DNA of 64,000 bases from Eubacteriales bacterium (GTDB taxonomy: Bacteria > Bacillota > Clostridia > Oscillospirales > CAG-272). Position numbers and translations under genes: made by a program. The first letter of the stretch is position 1; every line of letters starts with the position of its first letter. Shown in pieces: positions 35,448 to 45,649 of the stretch. The notes under the pieces were generated by a model. The model was not told where the DNA came from. It worked only from the letters and a program-made list of their open reading frames with translations, and did no database searches. The stretch is from the NCBI GenBank assembly GCA_045633405.1, contig JAZQYD010000058.1:11086-75085 (forward strand), given 5' to 3'.

Positions 35448-36263
35448 TTATTTGAGCAGTGAATAAACTGAATAATACCTCTCACCGAGGATATTAAGAG
35501 AATTACGCGAGAAATGGTAATCGTCACCGTTCTCGAGAATCTCATTGTTGGTGAGGAGCCCCTCGGCATTTACAAGACCGCAGTGAGGAAGGTCGCAGGC
35601 AAGCGTACGCATAGCCGACATAATGACCTCCATTTTCGGAAGAGTTCTTCGGAGCACGTCGTTGAAGCCGCCCATTATGAATGGAACCTCGCCAAATTTT
35701 GCCCTGAAGCCTCGGATAACGTCACCGAGCTCAGATACGTGGGTCGCCTCACGGACAGAATCCTCGAGGTCGGGTCTGAAGATCGCATCGTGCTCGCCCT
35801 GATGCCAGACTACCGCCACTACCCTATTGTCAGGGTGCATCGAGAGAGCGGTCTCGGTCATCTCGAGCATTCTCTCATAGAGGACGTCGCCAACTGCCCA
35901 ATGATGCTTCGCAAAGCCCGTAGCACCGACGGCGGTGTGAATAATAAGTACTCTGCGACCCTCGGGCAGATCGTTTTCTCTGTACTTTCTTGCAAACGAG
36001 AGGGCTAAGCACCCAATCTTACCCGACGTATTCTGCCTCTCCTCGGTAATACCGATAAGGTAGTCACGGGGCATAGTGATATTAAAGGTCCCTCTCGACT
36101 TCTCATCTACAACGTATCCGTAGTTGTCGGTATCACGCATCGAGAGAATATCGGGAGTGGGCTTATAGGGCTCATCGCATGGGCCGAGTCCGTAGCCCTC
36201 ACCGTTAGACTGTCCTGCAAGGACTATTATATCAACAGGTTCTGTAATTTTATTTAAAAGCAT
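35448..36263 (-). CDS. SASA-family (sialate O-acetylesterase-like) SGNH carbohydrate esterase, leaderless
   Basis: 271 aa. IIVLAGQSNGEGYG (GQSN nucleophile block) and VVWHQGEHD. Confidence 0.7.
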   Translation of the reverse strand: MLLNKITEPVDIIVLAGQSNGEGYGLGPCDEPYKPTPDILSMRDTDNYGYVVDEKSRGTFNITMPRDYLIGITEERQNTSGKIGCLALSFARKYRENDLPEGRRVLIIHTAVGATGFAKHHWAVGDVLYERMLEMTETALSMHPDNRVVAVVWHQGEHDAIFRPDLEDSVREATHVSELGDVIRGFRAKFGEVPFIMGGFNDVLRRTLPKMEVIMSAMRTLACDLPHCGLVNAEGLLTNNEILENGDDYHFSRNSLNILGERYYSVYSLLK

Positions 36264-36283
36264 AATACAATCCTCCTCAGTAG

Positions 36284-36312
36284 ATTATAGCACCTATACG
36301 GAAAAGTGTCAA
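36284..36312 (-). promoter_or_regulatory. Sigma-A-type promoter of the esterase gene
   Basis: Minus strand: TTGACA (36312-07), 17 nt, TATAAT (36289-84). Confidence 0.75.
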
Positions 36313-36340
36313 CGGGATGGGAGCAATTCGTCGAAAAAAC

Positions 36341-36369
36341 TTGACATACGGGGAAATTTATTGCATAAT
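36341..36369 (+). promoter_or_regulatory. Sigma-A-type promoter of the oxidoreductase gene (divergent)
   Basis: TTGACA (36341-46), 17 nt, CATAAT (36364-69). Confidence 0.7.
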
Positions 36370-36396
36370 ATTCGTAGTAACTGAAAGGTGAAGGAA

Positions 36397-37656
36397 ATGG
36401 ATAAGAAAATATTCACCGTTGCCATACTCGGTGCAGGTGCCAGAGGTGCAAGAGCATACGGAAGACTGATTAACGAAAGAAAAGAAAAGTTTAATATTGT
36501 ATCCTTATGTGACGTAAGCCGAGAGAGCCTCCTTGCCTACGGAGAGGAGTTCGGGGTAAGCGAGGATGCACGCTTTACGGATGAAGAGGAATTCTTCGAA
36601 AAAAAGCGTGCCGACCTACTTATAATCGCAACTCAGGACCTCGATCACGTAAGACACGCCGAGCGTGCATTCTCACTCGGATATGACGTCCTTCTTGAGA
36701 AGCCTATATCTGCCGACCGCGGCGAATGCGAAAGACTCGTCAGCTTAGCGAGGGAATGCGGCTCGAGGGTCATAATATGCTATATTCTCCGCTACGCTCC
36801 CATATATGCGAAGGTCAAGGAGATGATAGACGGAGGCGAGATAGGAGGACTCACTCACATAGACTGGGTCGAGCCCGTGGGATACGAGCATTATACCCAC
36901 AGCTTCGTCAGAGGAAACTGGCGTAACACGGACGTGGCACACCCTATGATACTCGCAAAGTGCTCGCACGATCTCGACTACATAAAATGGTGTGCGGGGG
37001 ACGACTGTCTCTCGGTATCGTCAAGAGGTGACCTCTCATACTTCAAGAGCGAAAACAAGCCCGAGGAGTCCCCCGGAAGATGCTCCTTATGTCCGAGACA
37101 GACGTACTGTGACTTCAGTGCATACTCGACCTACCTCGGGGGCTGGAAAAGAGACGGCTCGCCCGAGGATAAGAAGCCCTATAACGTGCTCACCCCAGCC
37201 CCCGTCACCGAGGAGGGGCTCGTTGATGCCATAGAAAACGGCCCGTACGGCCGATGCGTCTTCGCCTGCGATAACAACGTGGTCGACCGCCAGACGGTGG
37301 ATATGGAGTTTAAAAACAGCGTCAGAGCCTCACTCAGGATGACCGCATTTGAGTCGGGTGACCGATTCGGTATATTCACGGGTGATGAGGGTACTATCCG
37401 CCTCGAGAACGACGTGATAACGCTAAAGGGGCGTGACGGTGCTGTGAGGATCATCAAGGAATCCGATATATGCGACACCCACGGCTACGCACACGGCGGA
37501 GGCGACTACTTCCTCATAGAGTCGCTCTACGGCGTACTCACAGGCGACACTGCTCCGACGTCATCCCTTGAGGAATCGGTAGAGAGCCACCTTATAGGAA
37601 TAGCGGCTGAGGAATCACGTGCTAAAGGCGGCGAATGGGTATTTGTTCATAAGTAA
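36397..37656 (+). CDS. Gfo/Idh/MocA-family NAD(P)-dependent oxidoreductase
   Basis: Rossmann start FTVAILGAGARGARAY, EKPIS motif (VLLEKPISAD). 419 aa from the ATG at 36397 (GTG at 36388 is also possible). Confidence 0.8.
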   Translation: MDKKIFTVAILGAGARGARAYGRLINERKEKFNIVSLCDVSRESLLAYGEEFGVSEDARFTDEEEFFEKKRADLLIIATQDLDHVRHAERAFSLGYDVLLEKPISADRGECERLVSLARECGSRVIICYILRYAPIYAKVKEMIDGGEIGGLTHIDWVEPVGYEHYTHSFVRGNWRNTDVAHPMILAKCSHDLDYIKWCAGDDCLSVSSRGDLSYFKSENKPEESPGRCSLCPRQTYCDFSAYSTYLGGWKRDGSPEDKKPYNVLTPAPVTEEGLVDAIENGPYGRCVFACDNNVVDRQTVDMEFKNSVRASLRMTAFESGDRFGIFTGDEGTIRLENDVITLKGRDGAVRIIKESDICDTHGYAHGGGDYFLIESLYGVLTGDTAPTSSLEESVESHLIGIAAEESRAKGGEWVFVHK

Positions 37657-37660
37657 ATAA

Positions 37661-37716
37661 AACAAAAAGAGCGAAGAAACCGTTGTTTTTTACGGAATCC
37701 TCGCTCTTTTTGTTTT
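37661..37716. terminator. Bidirectional terminator between convergent genes
   Basis: AAAAAGAGCGA...TCGCTCTTTTT (11 bp) enclosing a smaller CCGT/ACGG hairpin. Confidence 0.65.
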
Positions 37717-37717
37717 A

Positions 37718-39799
37718 TTACACCTCGATTTCGAAGAAACGAGCCATATACTCCTCGTGGAATTTAACCGTCAGCTTATTGCCGTCAACCGTGAAGTCGG
37801 TATTAAGCATAGCGGGATATCCGACCTTGCAGGATTTGATCTCTCTGTCGAGGGGAATCTCAAGAGTGCCGTCACTGCCGATATTCCATACCGCAAGATA
37901 AATCTTCTTATCGTCCACGATATAACCGCTGGCAAGTGCCTTGTCCTCGTAATTCGAGAAGCCGAGGGGGAGATAAGGCAGACCACGCTTCTTACCGGGG
38001 GTAAGGTAATCGTAATACTCGACACCGAGTCTCACCATCTCAAGCTTGTCGGGAGAGAGTCTCTCAAGGTGGCTCGCAAGATGCATTCTTCCTAGGAAGG
38101 AGTTGATCATATTGAGTGCGATGATCTCATCAGTGACCTCGGGACCCTCTACGGGGATATAGGAGAAGCCCGAAACGCAGGATACGGGATAGCTCCATAC
38201 AGCTGCCTGCTCGGGAAGGACGCCCGAGAGGACGTTGGAAGCGATGAAAGGATACTTCTTATAATTAGTCTGGTCGGAGGTGGATACGAGCGAGAAGTGG
38301 CTGAGTGACTCATAGTCCATTCTCATTCCTCCCGAGGAGCAGGTCTCGAAGATAACGTCGGGGAATCTCTCACGAAGCTCGTCTATCCAAGAGAGGTACG
38401 CACGGGTTATCTGCTCAAGTCCCTCTCCGAGGCTGTCGGAATCCTTATCCGTGCCTACTCCGAGGTCCTGGTTATAGTCCATCTTGATATAATCGGCACC
38501 GTAGTCCTCTATCATACGGCGGATGGTCTCGGTCATATATGCCCTGACCTTCTCATTTCTGTAATCGAGGAAATATCTTCTGTGATTGGCAACCTTCCTG
38601 CCGAAGCGGGGGATGAAGCAGTCCTCATCGTAGTAGTCGAGCATTTCCTCGCAGAGATATCCGACGATCTCGGGCTCTATCCACAGACCCGCCTTCATGC
38701 CGAGCGAGCGGAGGTAATCTGTGGTGGCTCTGACACCCTTCGGGAATCTCGCCTTACTCTCCTTCCACTGACCTACGTAAGGATATACCTTGTTTCCGTC
38801 CTCCTCGTTATGCCATCCGCAGTCGATAACGTAATACTTGACGCCCGTCTTGGCAACAGCGGGTGCATACATAGCGGTGGTCTCGGCGGTGGGATTATCC
38901 CAGGATACGTGCATATATTCATTATATATTGCAGGCAGGTCACGGTCAGCCTCGCACTTACCCATGATATGACGGCGGTACTTGGTCATCTCACCGAGCA
39001 CACCGTTAAGAGTATCGGAAATAGCAACGGCAACGTTCAAGGTGGTGTAGGTCTCGCCGGGGATAAGCTCCTTCGCCCACGAGGTGTTAGAGAGGTTTCC
39101 GCCGCCGAGGTAGAGATAGTATTCACCGCTCGTGTCGGTAAGCTCGTAATACCACGCATTGTTGCTCTCGATCTGGAACATCAGGAAGTAGCCCTCCTCG
39201 ACGTCCTCTATGATACCCTGGGGAAGCTGCTCCTTTGTCGACCAGGTTCCTACGTTAGCAAAGGATATTCTCTTCTGTCCCTCGGTTACCGCGGGGAACA
39301 TACCGTAGTCGAAGAAGCTCTTACGCCTCGGCTGACACTCGTTGTACTGACTCGAGGTGAAGGTGTAGAAATAGAGCTTATCGTAGCTGAGGACACCCTT
39401 CTCGCCGAAGCCCGTCATCTTAAACGCCGAGCAGTCCTCGAGGACGATGGGCTCATCGGTAATATTCGTATACTCGCTGTGCACTCTTACCGTGCTTGTA
39501 TCATCGTAGTATGTAAACACCGTCTTCACTTCAAGACACTTCGATCTCTGGGTGACGGTGAGGACGTTGCCGTCTATCTCGTGAGAGACGTATTTCATGC
39601 TCCTGATCTCGGATGAGGATGCGAGCTTGATACCCATATGGGTCTCCTTCATCTCTCCTGCGACCTGAGCCTCTGCGAAGCTGTAAAGGAACATCTTGTC
39701 CTTATTCATTCCCGCCTTGACCTTGCCAAAGCCGGTAAGATATATTCCCTCCTCATAAAGGGTAAATTCGAGATTTTTAAATTTGATTGTGCTTTCCAT
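37718..39799 (-). CDS. GH36-family glycosidase (divergent alpha-galactosidase / alpha-GalNAc-ase-like), leaderless
   Basis: 693 aa. KYYVIDCGWH, GLWIEPE, YIKMDYNQD (nucleophile context), ETCSSGGMRMDY, STSDQTNY. Confidence 0.7.
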   Translation of the reverse strand: MESTIKFKNLEFTLYEEGIYLTGFGKVKAGMNKDKMFLYSFAEAQVAGEMKETHMGIKLASSSEIRSMKYVSHEIDGNVLTVTQRSKCLEVKTVFTYYDDTSTVRVHSEYTNITDEPIVLEDCSAFKMTGFGEKGVLSYDKLYFYTFTSSQYNECQPRRKSFFDYGMFPAVTEGQKRISFANVGTWSTKEQLPQGIIEDVEEGYFLMFQIESNNAWYYELTDTSGEYYLYLGGGNLSNTSWAKELIPGETYTTLNVAVAISDTLNGVLGEMTKYRRHIMGKCEADRDLPAIYNEYMHVSWDNPTAETTAMYAPAVAKTGVKYYVIDCGWHNEEDGNKVYPYVGQWKESKARFPKGVRATTDYLRSLGMKAGLWIEPEIVGYLCEEMLDYYDEDCFIPRFGRKVANHRRYFLDYRNEKVRAYMTETIRRMIEDYGADYIKMDYNQDLGVGTDKDSDSLGEGLEQITRAYLSWIDELRERFPDVIFETCSSGGMRMDYESLSHFSLVSTSDQTNYKKYPFIASNVLSGVLPEQAAVWSYPVSCVSGFSYIPVEGPEVTDEIIALNMINSFLGRMHLASHLERLSPDKLEMVRLGVEYYDYLTPGKKRGLPYLPLGFSNYEDKALASGYIVDDKKIYLAVWNIGSDGTLEIPLDREIKSCKVGYPAMLNTDFTVDGNKLTVKFHEEYMARFFEIEV

Positions 39800-39904
39800 A
39801 ATAACCTCCTTTGGGTACTACTTTAATTATAAACTATTTCTCATCTTTAACAATGCAAAATACGGACATTTTACAGGTTTTGCTTCCTGATTTTACAATA
39901 CCTA

Positions 39905-39933
39905 TTGACTTTAATACAAGTATAGTACATAAT
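39905..39933 (+). promoter_or_regulatory. Sigma-A-type promoter of the AraC-family gene
   Basis: TTGACT (39905-10), 17 nt, CATAAT (39928-33). Confidence 0.65.
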
Positions 39934-39945
39934 ATAGGTGAGGTG

Positions 39946-40809
39946 ATGAAAATGAACAATGCGATAATCGTCAGGGCGGAGCTCGGCGATATGAGAGTGC
40001 GTGCGAGCATTGACGGCAGAGGACACGAGGAGATAGACTCTCCGAAGCTTCTCTTTGATGCGGAGCTACACTATCACACTCTCTCCGAGATGTTCTTCTC
40101 GCATACGGGAGAGCTCGAGATAACCGACGAGGACGGTAAGCACAGATACTCGGGCGAGGCTGTGTGCGTGCCTCCCTTCCACAGACACGCGGCGACGGTC
40201 GACCCCGTGAGATTCAGGATACTCTTTGAGATATCGAGGATCGAGAAAAAGGGCGAGTGCGGAGTATATGACAGAATGTCGGAGCTACTCTCGGGAGGTA
40301 TTTCCTCCTTCAGGCTGAGTGAGGTCTCGGGCAGATACGTTGATGAGATCAAGGCACTTGTCAGACACCCGGGAAGGTTTCTCAGGGACGAGCTCTCCTC
40401 CCTCTTGAAGCTCTTATTTATAAATCTCTACAAGGAGCAGGCGGAGGCGGAGGCAGACAGAGTCATCGGTATCGAAAACTACCTCATCGTCATAGACGAG
40501 TGCATTAACGAGGGACTTGTTGAGGAGGTCGACATCGCATATATTGCCAAGAGACTGCATCTGTCATACAGACAAACAGCAAGGATAATCAAGGCAAGCT
40601 ACAAGGAGCCTCTATACAAGATAATCAACGATAAGAGGCTCGAGAAGGCGAAAAGGATGCTCTCCCACAGCGATAAATCAATATCCGAGATAGCCCTATC
40701 TCTCGGCTTCAGAACAGAAAGCTACTTCTACCGTCTCTTCAAGGCGAAATACGGGGTCACTCCGAAGAAATACAGAATCACAGCATTTGAAAATAAGACA
40801 TCCAAATAA
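39946..40809 (+). CDS. AraC-family transcriptional regulator (cupin-like N-domain + HTH_18)
   Basis: AGGTGAGGTG followed by ATG at 39946. The C-terminus is ISEIALSLGFRTESYFYRLFKAKYGVTPKKYR. Confidence 0.85.
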   Translation: MKMNNAIIVRAELGDMRVRASIDGRGHEEIDSPKLLFDAELHYHTLSEMFFSHTGELEITDEDGKHRYSGEAVCVPPFHRHAATVDPVRFRILFEISRIEKKGECGVYDRMSELLSGGISSFRLSEVSGRYVDEIKALVRHPGRFLRDELSSLLKLLFINLYKEQAEAEADRVIGIENYLIVIDECINEGLVEEVDIAYIAKRLHLSYRQTARIIKASYKEPLYKIINDKRLEKAKRMLSHSDKSISEIALSLGFRTESYFYRLFKAKYGVTPKKYRITAFENKTSK

Positions 40810-40888
40810 AAAACATGGCTTGATTTTCTATTTACAAAATAGCTTTTTGACTGTACAATTAGAATGATAAAATATTTAGGAGATTACT

Positions 40889-43075
40889 ATGGCTATTTAC
40901 TTTGACAAAAGCACAAAAACCTTCTATCTCGAGGGTAAAACGTGCACCTACGCCTTCTTTATAAACGCAAGAGGCTATCTTGAGCATCTTTACTTCGGTA
41001 AGAGAATAGCGAGAGATTTCATCCTCTACACACGTGCATTCGGCGGACACAGCTGTGAGGCACACATCCCCGGTGAGGAGAAGCCCGGACTCAACTGCTA
41101 TAACGTATTCGGCTCCGAGCTTACCACACACGGTCTCGGTGATTTCCGTGAGCCCACTCTCCAGATTGAGAATATCGAGGGAGACAGACTCACAGAGCTC
41201 CTCTACGTATCGCACGAGATACTTGACGAGAAGCCGAGGCTCGAGGGAATGCCCTCCATGAGAAATGGCGGTAAGACTCTCGTTGTACACCTTTACGATG
41301 AATACAAGAGCTTCGCTGCCGACCTCTACTATACTGTCTACGATGACACCGACGTAGTAGCGAGAAGAGCGGTATACAGAAACGAGAGAGATGCACGTGT
41401 CCTTCTTCGCCGTGCGTACTCCTTCAATTTCACCCTTCCCTCTCAGAACTACGATTGCATAACCCTCTTCGGTGCGTGGGCGAAGGAGAGGCAGATCGAC
41501 AGAACACCCGTACACCACGGTGTATTCAGCGTTGATTCAAAGAGAACAACCTCCTCTGCTACCATCAACCCCTTCTTAGCACTCGTTGACAAGAGCACCA
41601 CCGAGACTCAGGGCTCGGCATACGGCGTCAGCCTTATATATTCCTCCTCCTTCGTGCTTAAGGCAGAGGGAGTCAATGACGGACGCACCAACGTTACGGG
41701 AGGAATCAACGACTTCGACTTCAAGTGGATACTTGAGTCCGGAGAGAGCTTCGCTACCCCCGAGGTCATCCTCGCATATTCGGACGAGGGTATCGGAGGC
41801 ATGAGCCGTACTCTTCACGATGCGATGAGAGATCACCTCATCAACCCGAGATTCGTTAAGAAATCCCGTCCCATCGTTATCAACAACTGGGAGGGTACCT
41901 ATTTCGACTTCAATCAGGATAAGCTCAAGGCTATCGCCTCCGCCGTTGCAGGCACGGGAATCGACACCTTCGTCCTTGACGACGGCTGGTTCGGTCTTCG
42001 TAACAACGATAAGGCAGGTCTTGGCGACTGGGTAGTAAACGAGGATAAGCTCGTCGGAGGTCTCACCCCCGTTATAGATCACGTTCACTCGCTCGGTATG
42101 AACTTCGGTCTGTGGTTCGAGCCCGAGATGGTCAACCCCGACTCGGATCTTTACAGAGCACATCCCGACTATGCGATAGGCTCGCCCGAGCGTCCTCACT
42201 GCTCTACGAGAAATCAGTACGTTCTCGACCTCACACGCACTGACGTACGCGACTACATTGTTGAATCTATCAACAAGATCCTCGACAATCACAAGATCGA
42301 GTACGTTAAATGGGATTATAACAGAAACATCACCGAGTCCTACTCGGTAGGCCGTGAGAGCGAGAGACAGGGAGAGTTCGCTCACAGATACGCTCTTGGC
42401 TTCTACGATCTGTGCGAGAGAATTGTCGAGGCACATCCCGACATACTCTTCGAGGGCTGTGCAGGAGGCGGTGCGAGATTCGATGCAGGTATTCTCTACT
42501 ACTTCCCCCAGATCTGGACCTCCGACGACTCCGACGCCGAGGAGAGAACCAAGATCCAGTACGGTACGTCTGTCGCATATCCCCTCTCTGCGATGAGCTG
42601 TCACATCTCCGTGGTACCCAACCACCAGACGGGCAGAATTACTGAGATGAAGACTAGAGCGGACATCGCTCACCTCGGTGCTACGGGCTATGAGCTCGAC
42701 ACCTCGAGCTTCACCGATGACGATAGGGCTATGGCAACAGAGCAGGTCAAGGAATATAAGGAGATGGAGGACCTCGTTCTCACGGGTGACCTCTACCGTC
42801 TTGATAATCCCCTCTCTTCCAATTTCTTCGCATTCATGCTCGTATCTAAGGACAAGACTCACGCTGAGGTAACCTATTACAGACGCATGAGCGGTGTCGG
42901 ACAGAGTAACGAGATCAAATATACGTCCCTCGCAGGACTCGATCCTGAGAAGAGATACTATTGCCGTGAGCTCGGCCTCATCCTCGCAGGCTCAACTCTC
43001 ATGTCGGTAGGCATTCCTCTCAAGTTTGAGCAGAAGGACTTCACTACCCTGAAGCTTCACTTCGAGGAGAAGTAA
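40889..43075 (+). CDS. Alpha-galactosidase, canonical GH36 (AgaA/MelA-type, ~730 aa)
   Basis: 728 aa. FVLDDGWFGLRNNDKAGLGDW, GLWFEPEMV, YVKWDYNRN, FEGCAGGGARFD, IWTSDDSDA. Confidence 0.88.
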   Translation: MAIYFDKSTKTFYLEGKTCTYAFFINARGYLEHLYFGKRIARDFILYTRAFGGHSCEAHIPGEEKPGLNCYNVFGSELTTHGLGDFREPTLQIENIEGDRLTELLYVSHEILDEKPRLEGMPSMRNGGKTLVVHLYDEYKSFAADLYYTVYDDTDVVARRAVYRNERDARVLLRRAYSFNFTLPSQNYDCITLFGAWAKERQIDRTPVHHGVFSVDSKRTTSSATINPFLALVDKSTTETQGSAYGVSLIYSSSFVLKAEGVNDGRTNVTGGINDFDFKWILESGESFATPEVILAYSDEGIGGMSRTLHDAMRDHLINPRFVKKSRPIVINNWEGTYFDFNQDKLKAIASAVAGTGIDTFVLDDGWFGLRNNDKAGLGDWVVNEDKLVGGLTPVIDHVHSLGMNFGLWFEPEMVNPDSDLYRAHPDYAIGSPERPHCSTRNQYVLDLTRTDVRDYIVESINKILDNHKIEYVKWDYNRNITESYSVGRESERQGEFAHRYALGFYDLCERIVEAHPDILFEGCAGGGARFDAGILYYFPQIWTSDDSDAEERTKIQYGTSVAYPLSAMSCHISVVPNHQTGRITEMKTRADIAHLGATGYELDTSSFTDDDRAMATEQVKEYKEMEDLVLTGDLYRLDNPLSSNFFAFMLVSKDKTHAEVTYYRRMSGVGQSNEIKYTSLAGLDPEKRYYCRELGLILAGSTLMSVGIPLKFEQKDFTTLKLHFEEK

Positions 43076-43093
43076 TCACATTTTATACGAAAA

Positions 43094-43141
43094 AGAGAGA
43101 ACAAATCGGTCCATTCACGGCCGAGCTGCTCTCTCTTTTTT
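43094..43141 (+). terminator. Rho-independent terminator after the GH36 gene
   Basis: AGAGAGA...TCTCTCT outer stem with an inner TCGGTC/GGCCGA stem, followed by TTTTTT. Confidence 0.7.
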
Positions 43142-43224
43142 CATTCGCGGAGGGAGGATTTTTTCAGATATATCGAGGTTAGATTTTACCGCAAAAAAAT
43201 AATTATCTTTTTTCACAAAACGTA

Positions 43225-43253
43225 TTGCAAAATATTTTTAGGTGTGCTATTAT
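43225..43253 (+). promoter_or_regulatory. Sigma-A-type promoter of the ABC exporter / DUF1854 pair
   Basis: TTGCAA (43225-30), 17 nt, TATTAT (43248-53). About 90-nt 5' UTR. Confidence 0.65.
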
Positions 43254-43342
43254 GGGATTAACCACGAGATACAGGGAAAAGGTCCCTGCTATCCACTCCA
43301 GGAATACCCCTCCCCCGGACGGAGAAAGGTAAGGTGTTTATT

Positions 43343-45649
43343 ATGGATAACGGTTTTATACTCAAGAACAAGGATCTGACCGAAAACGTAGAGCAGCTTG
43401 TCAAACGATTAGGGAGCGAATCGCAGAAGGTTCTCTTCGTTATTTCCGGCGACCTCTCGCTAAATGGAAAATATGCCGAATCAGCGCTTATTTTCACCGA
43501 GAATTCCGTTGTATGCTATGACGGAGTGCCCGGTGAGGAGAGGCGTTATTTTTATCGGGATATGGAGAACGTAGTTTCCAAGCGTATGTATGGAAACGCA
43601 ACACTGTCCGCAAGGATGCAGGACGGAAAGCGAGTGATATTCTTCAGATACACGTACGCAATAGCAGCCCTCTGCGATGCCGCGGCTCTCTTCATAAACC
43701 ACACCAATGACGGTGCGAGCATGCAAGAGGAGCTTGCCATCATGGCAATAGTATTCGAGAGAGCTCTGAGCGTGTGCCCTAAGTGCGGAAGAACACTCTT
43801 GCACCCCGGTGCTGAGTGTATTATGTGCCGATCCAAGCTTAAGATAGTAAAGCAGCTATCAAAATATATCTCTCCCCAGATGAAAACGATAGTATTCTGT
43901 ATATTTCTATCGCTATTCACTACCGTCGTGGCACTGATACCGCCGACCATCACCGGCTTCATAGTAGACGTAGTATTTAACGGAAAGGGCTCATCGATCC
44001 CCCTGTTATACAACATCGCTACGCTCTTCGGCGAGAGCACGACTCGGATGCTGCTGACGCTGATAGCGTGCCTCTTATTCACGTACATATTGCAATACGG
44101 TGTCGGAATAATACGCTCGTATCTTATGCGTACAGCGGGAGACCGTGCGATAGCAGCACTTAGGACGGACATATACAAGAAGGCACAGTATCTGCCTATG
44201 AAATTCTATGACAAGACCTCTACGGGCTCGGTTATAAACAGAATCTCGGGAGATGCTATGACGCTGAAGAACTTCATGCTGAGAATCACGCAGGAGGCAG
44301 TTGTTCATGCCTTCCAGCTGGTTGGCATCATCGTCATTATGCTTGCTCTCAATCCGATGCTGACGCTCTACTCGCTGATCCCCGTTCTGTTTATCGTCAT
44401 CGCAACAAGGATTTTTTCAAAGAAGATACGTCCTTATTACAGAAGGCTGTGGCGTAGATCCACGGCAGTCTTCTCCACTCTCTCGGATACCATTCCGTGC
44501 ATCAAGGTGGTCAAATCCTTCACGGGTGAGGACAGACAGTCGGAAATATTCGAGAAACGTAATAATGACTGGCTCGAAATGGATCTCAAGATAGGAAAGC
44601 TCGCAACAGCCTTTCCGCAGATCATAGCTTTTCTTGTCACCTGCGGCTCTCTCATCATATGGGGCGTAGGCGGCTCCAAGGTTATTAACGGCGAGGCGGG
44701 ATATTCAGCGGGTCTTATCGTCGCATTCATTTCCTACGCATCTATGTTTTACAATCCTGTCACCTTCTTCGCCAATCTCTCGGATTCCTTCCAGGGTGCA
44801 CTGGCATCGACTGAGAAGATACTCGATATATTAGAGGCTGAGCCCGAGCATCAGGCAGTATCGCATACAACCCCTGACAAGCTGGATGGAAAGATCGAAT
44901 TTCTTCACGTAGGCTTCTCCTTCGACAGAACAAAGAAGGTTCTCGACGACGTCACTCTGACAATCAATCCCGGTGAGATCGTCGGAATAGTAGGTACAAC
45001 CGGCTCGGGTAAATCAACTCTCGTCAATCTCCTTATGAGATTCTATGACGGATATTCGGGTGAAATACTTGTAGACGGACACAACATAAAGAACTTCGAC
45101 CTCTCTGCATACCGAGCACAAATAGGATATGTGCAGCAAGAGCCCATGATGTTCAGCGATACGATATTCAATAATATCGCATACAGCAACCCGAATGCCA
45201 GTGTAGAGGATGTAATTCACGCAGCAGACGTGGCGAATGCACACGGATTCATCGCACGTCAGCCCGACGGATACGATACAATGCTCGGAGAGAGGGGCGT
45301 CGGTGTATCCGGCGGAGAAAAGCAAAGGATCTCAATTGCCAGAGCGGTGCTTAAGTCCCCCTCCTTCCTTATCTTCGATGAGGCGACTGCGGCAGTCGAC
45401 TCAGAGACAGAGCATCTGATACAAGAGGCAATAGACAGACTCATCGAGGGTAAAACTACACTTATGATAGCACACAGACTCTCGACACTAAAGCGTGCTA
45501 ACAGAATAATAGTCGTCGACAACGGCAAAATCATAGAGAATGGCTCACCCGAGGAGCTGATGGCTATGAAGGGTAAATATTACAAGCTTGTACAAATACA
45601 GTCGATGGCACAGGATGCAGAAAAAATGCGTAAGGAGGAAAGACTGTGA
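43343..45649 (+). CDS. ABC exporter (fused TMD-NBD) with ~190-aa N-terminal cytoplasmic extension containing a Cys4 zinc ribbon
   Basis: 768 aa from the ATG at 43343. The extension ends in CPKCGRTLLHPGAECIMC. It is followed by a 6-TM type-I exporter domain, GTTGSGKST, VSGGEKQRISIARA and LIFDEATAAVD. Confidence 0.85.
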   Translation: MDNGFILKNKDLTENVEQLVKRLGSESQKVLFVISGDLSLNGKYAESALIFTENSVVCYDGVPGEERRYFYRDMENVVSKRMYGNATLSARMQDGKRVIFFRYTYAIAALCDAAALFINHTNDGASMQEELAIMAIVFERALSVCPKCGRTLLHPGAECIMCRSKLKIVKQLSKYISPQMKTIVFCIFLSLFTTVVALIPPTITGFIVDVVFNGKGSSIPLLYNIATLFGESTTRMLLTLIACLLFTYILQYGVGIIRSYLMRTAGDRAIAALRTDIYKKAQYLPMKFYDKTSTGSVINRISGDAMTLKNFMLRITQEAVVHAFQLVGIIVIMLALNPMLTLYSLIPVLFIVIATRIFSKKIRPYYRRLWRRSTAVFSTLSDTIPCIKVVKSFTGEDRQSEIFEKRNNDWLEMDLKIGKLATAFPQIIAFLVTCGSLIIWGVGGSKVINGEAGYSAGLIVAFISYASMFYNPVTFFANLSDSFQGALASTEKILDILEAEPEHQAVSHTTPDKLDGKIEFLHVGFSFDRTKKVLDDVTLTINPGEIVGIVGTTGSGKSTLVNLLMRFYDGYSGEILVDGHNIKNFDLSAYRAQIGYVQQEPMMFSDTIFNNIAYSNPNASVEDVIHAADVANAHGFIARQPDGYDTMLGERGVGVSGGEKQRISIARAVLKSPSFLIFDEATAAVDSETEHLIQEAIDRLIEGKTTLMIAHRLSTLKRANRIIVVDNGKIIENGSPEELMAMKGKYYKLVQIQSMAQDAEKMRKEERL

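Noticed and set aside
43254-43342. Possible riboswitch in the ~90-nt 5' UTR of the ABC exporter (CAGGGA-aaagg-TCCCTG hairpin, CCCCCGGACGGAG).
   Set aside because: - I could not match it to c-di-GMP, guanidine-I/II/III, preQ1 or other cores I know.
- It has a single short hairpin only.
- It is left as an ordinary UTR unless an Rfam scan says otherwise.
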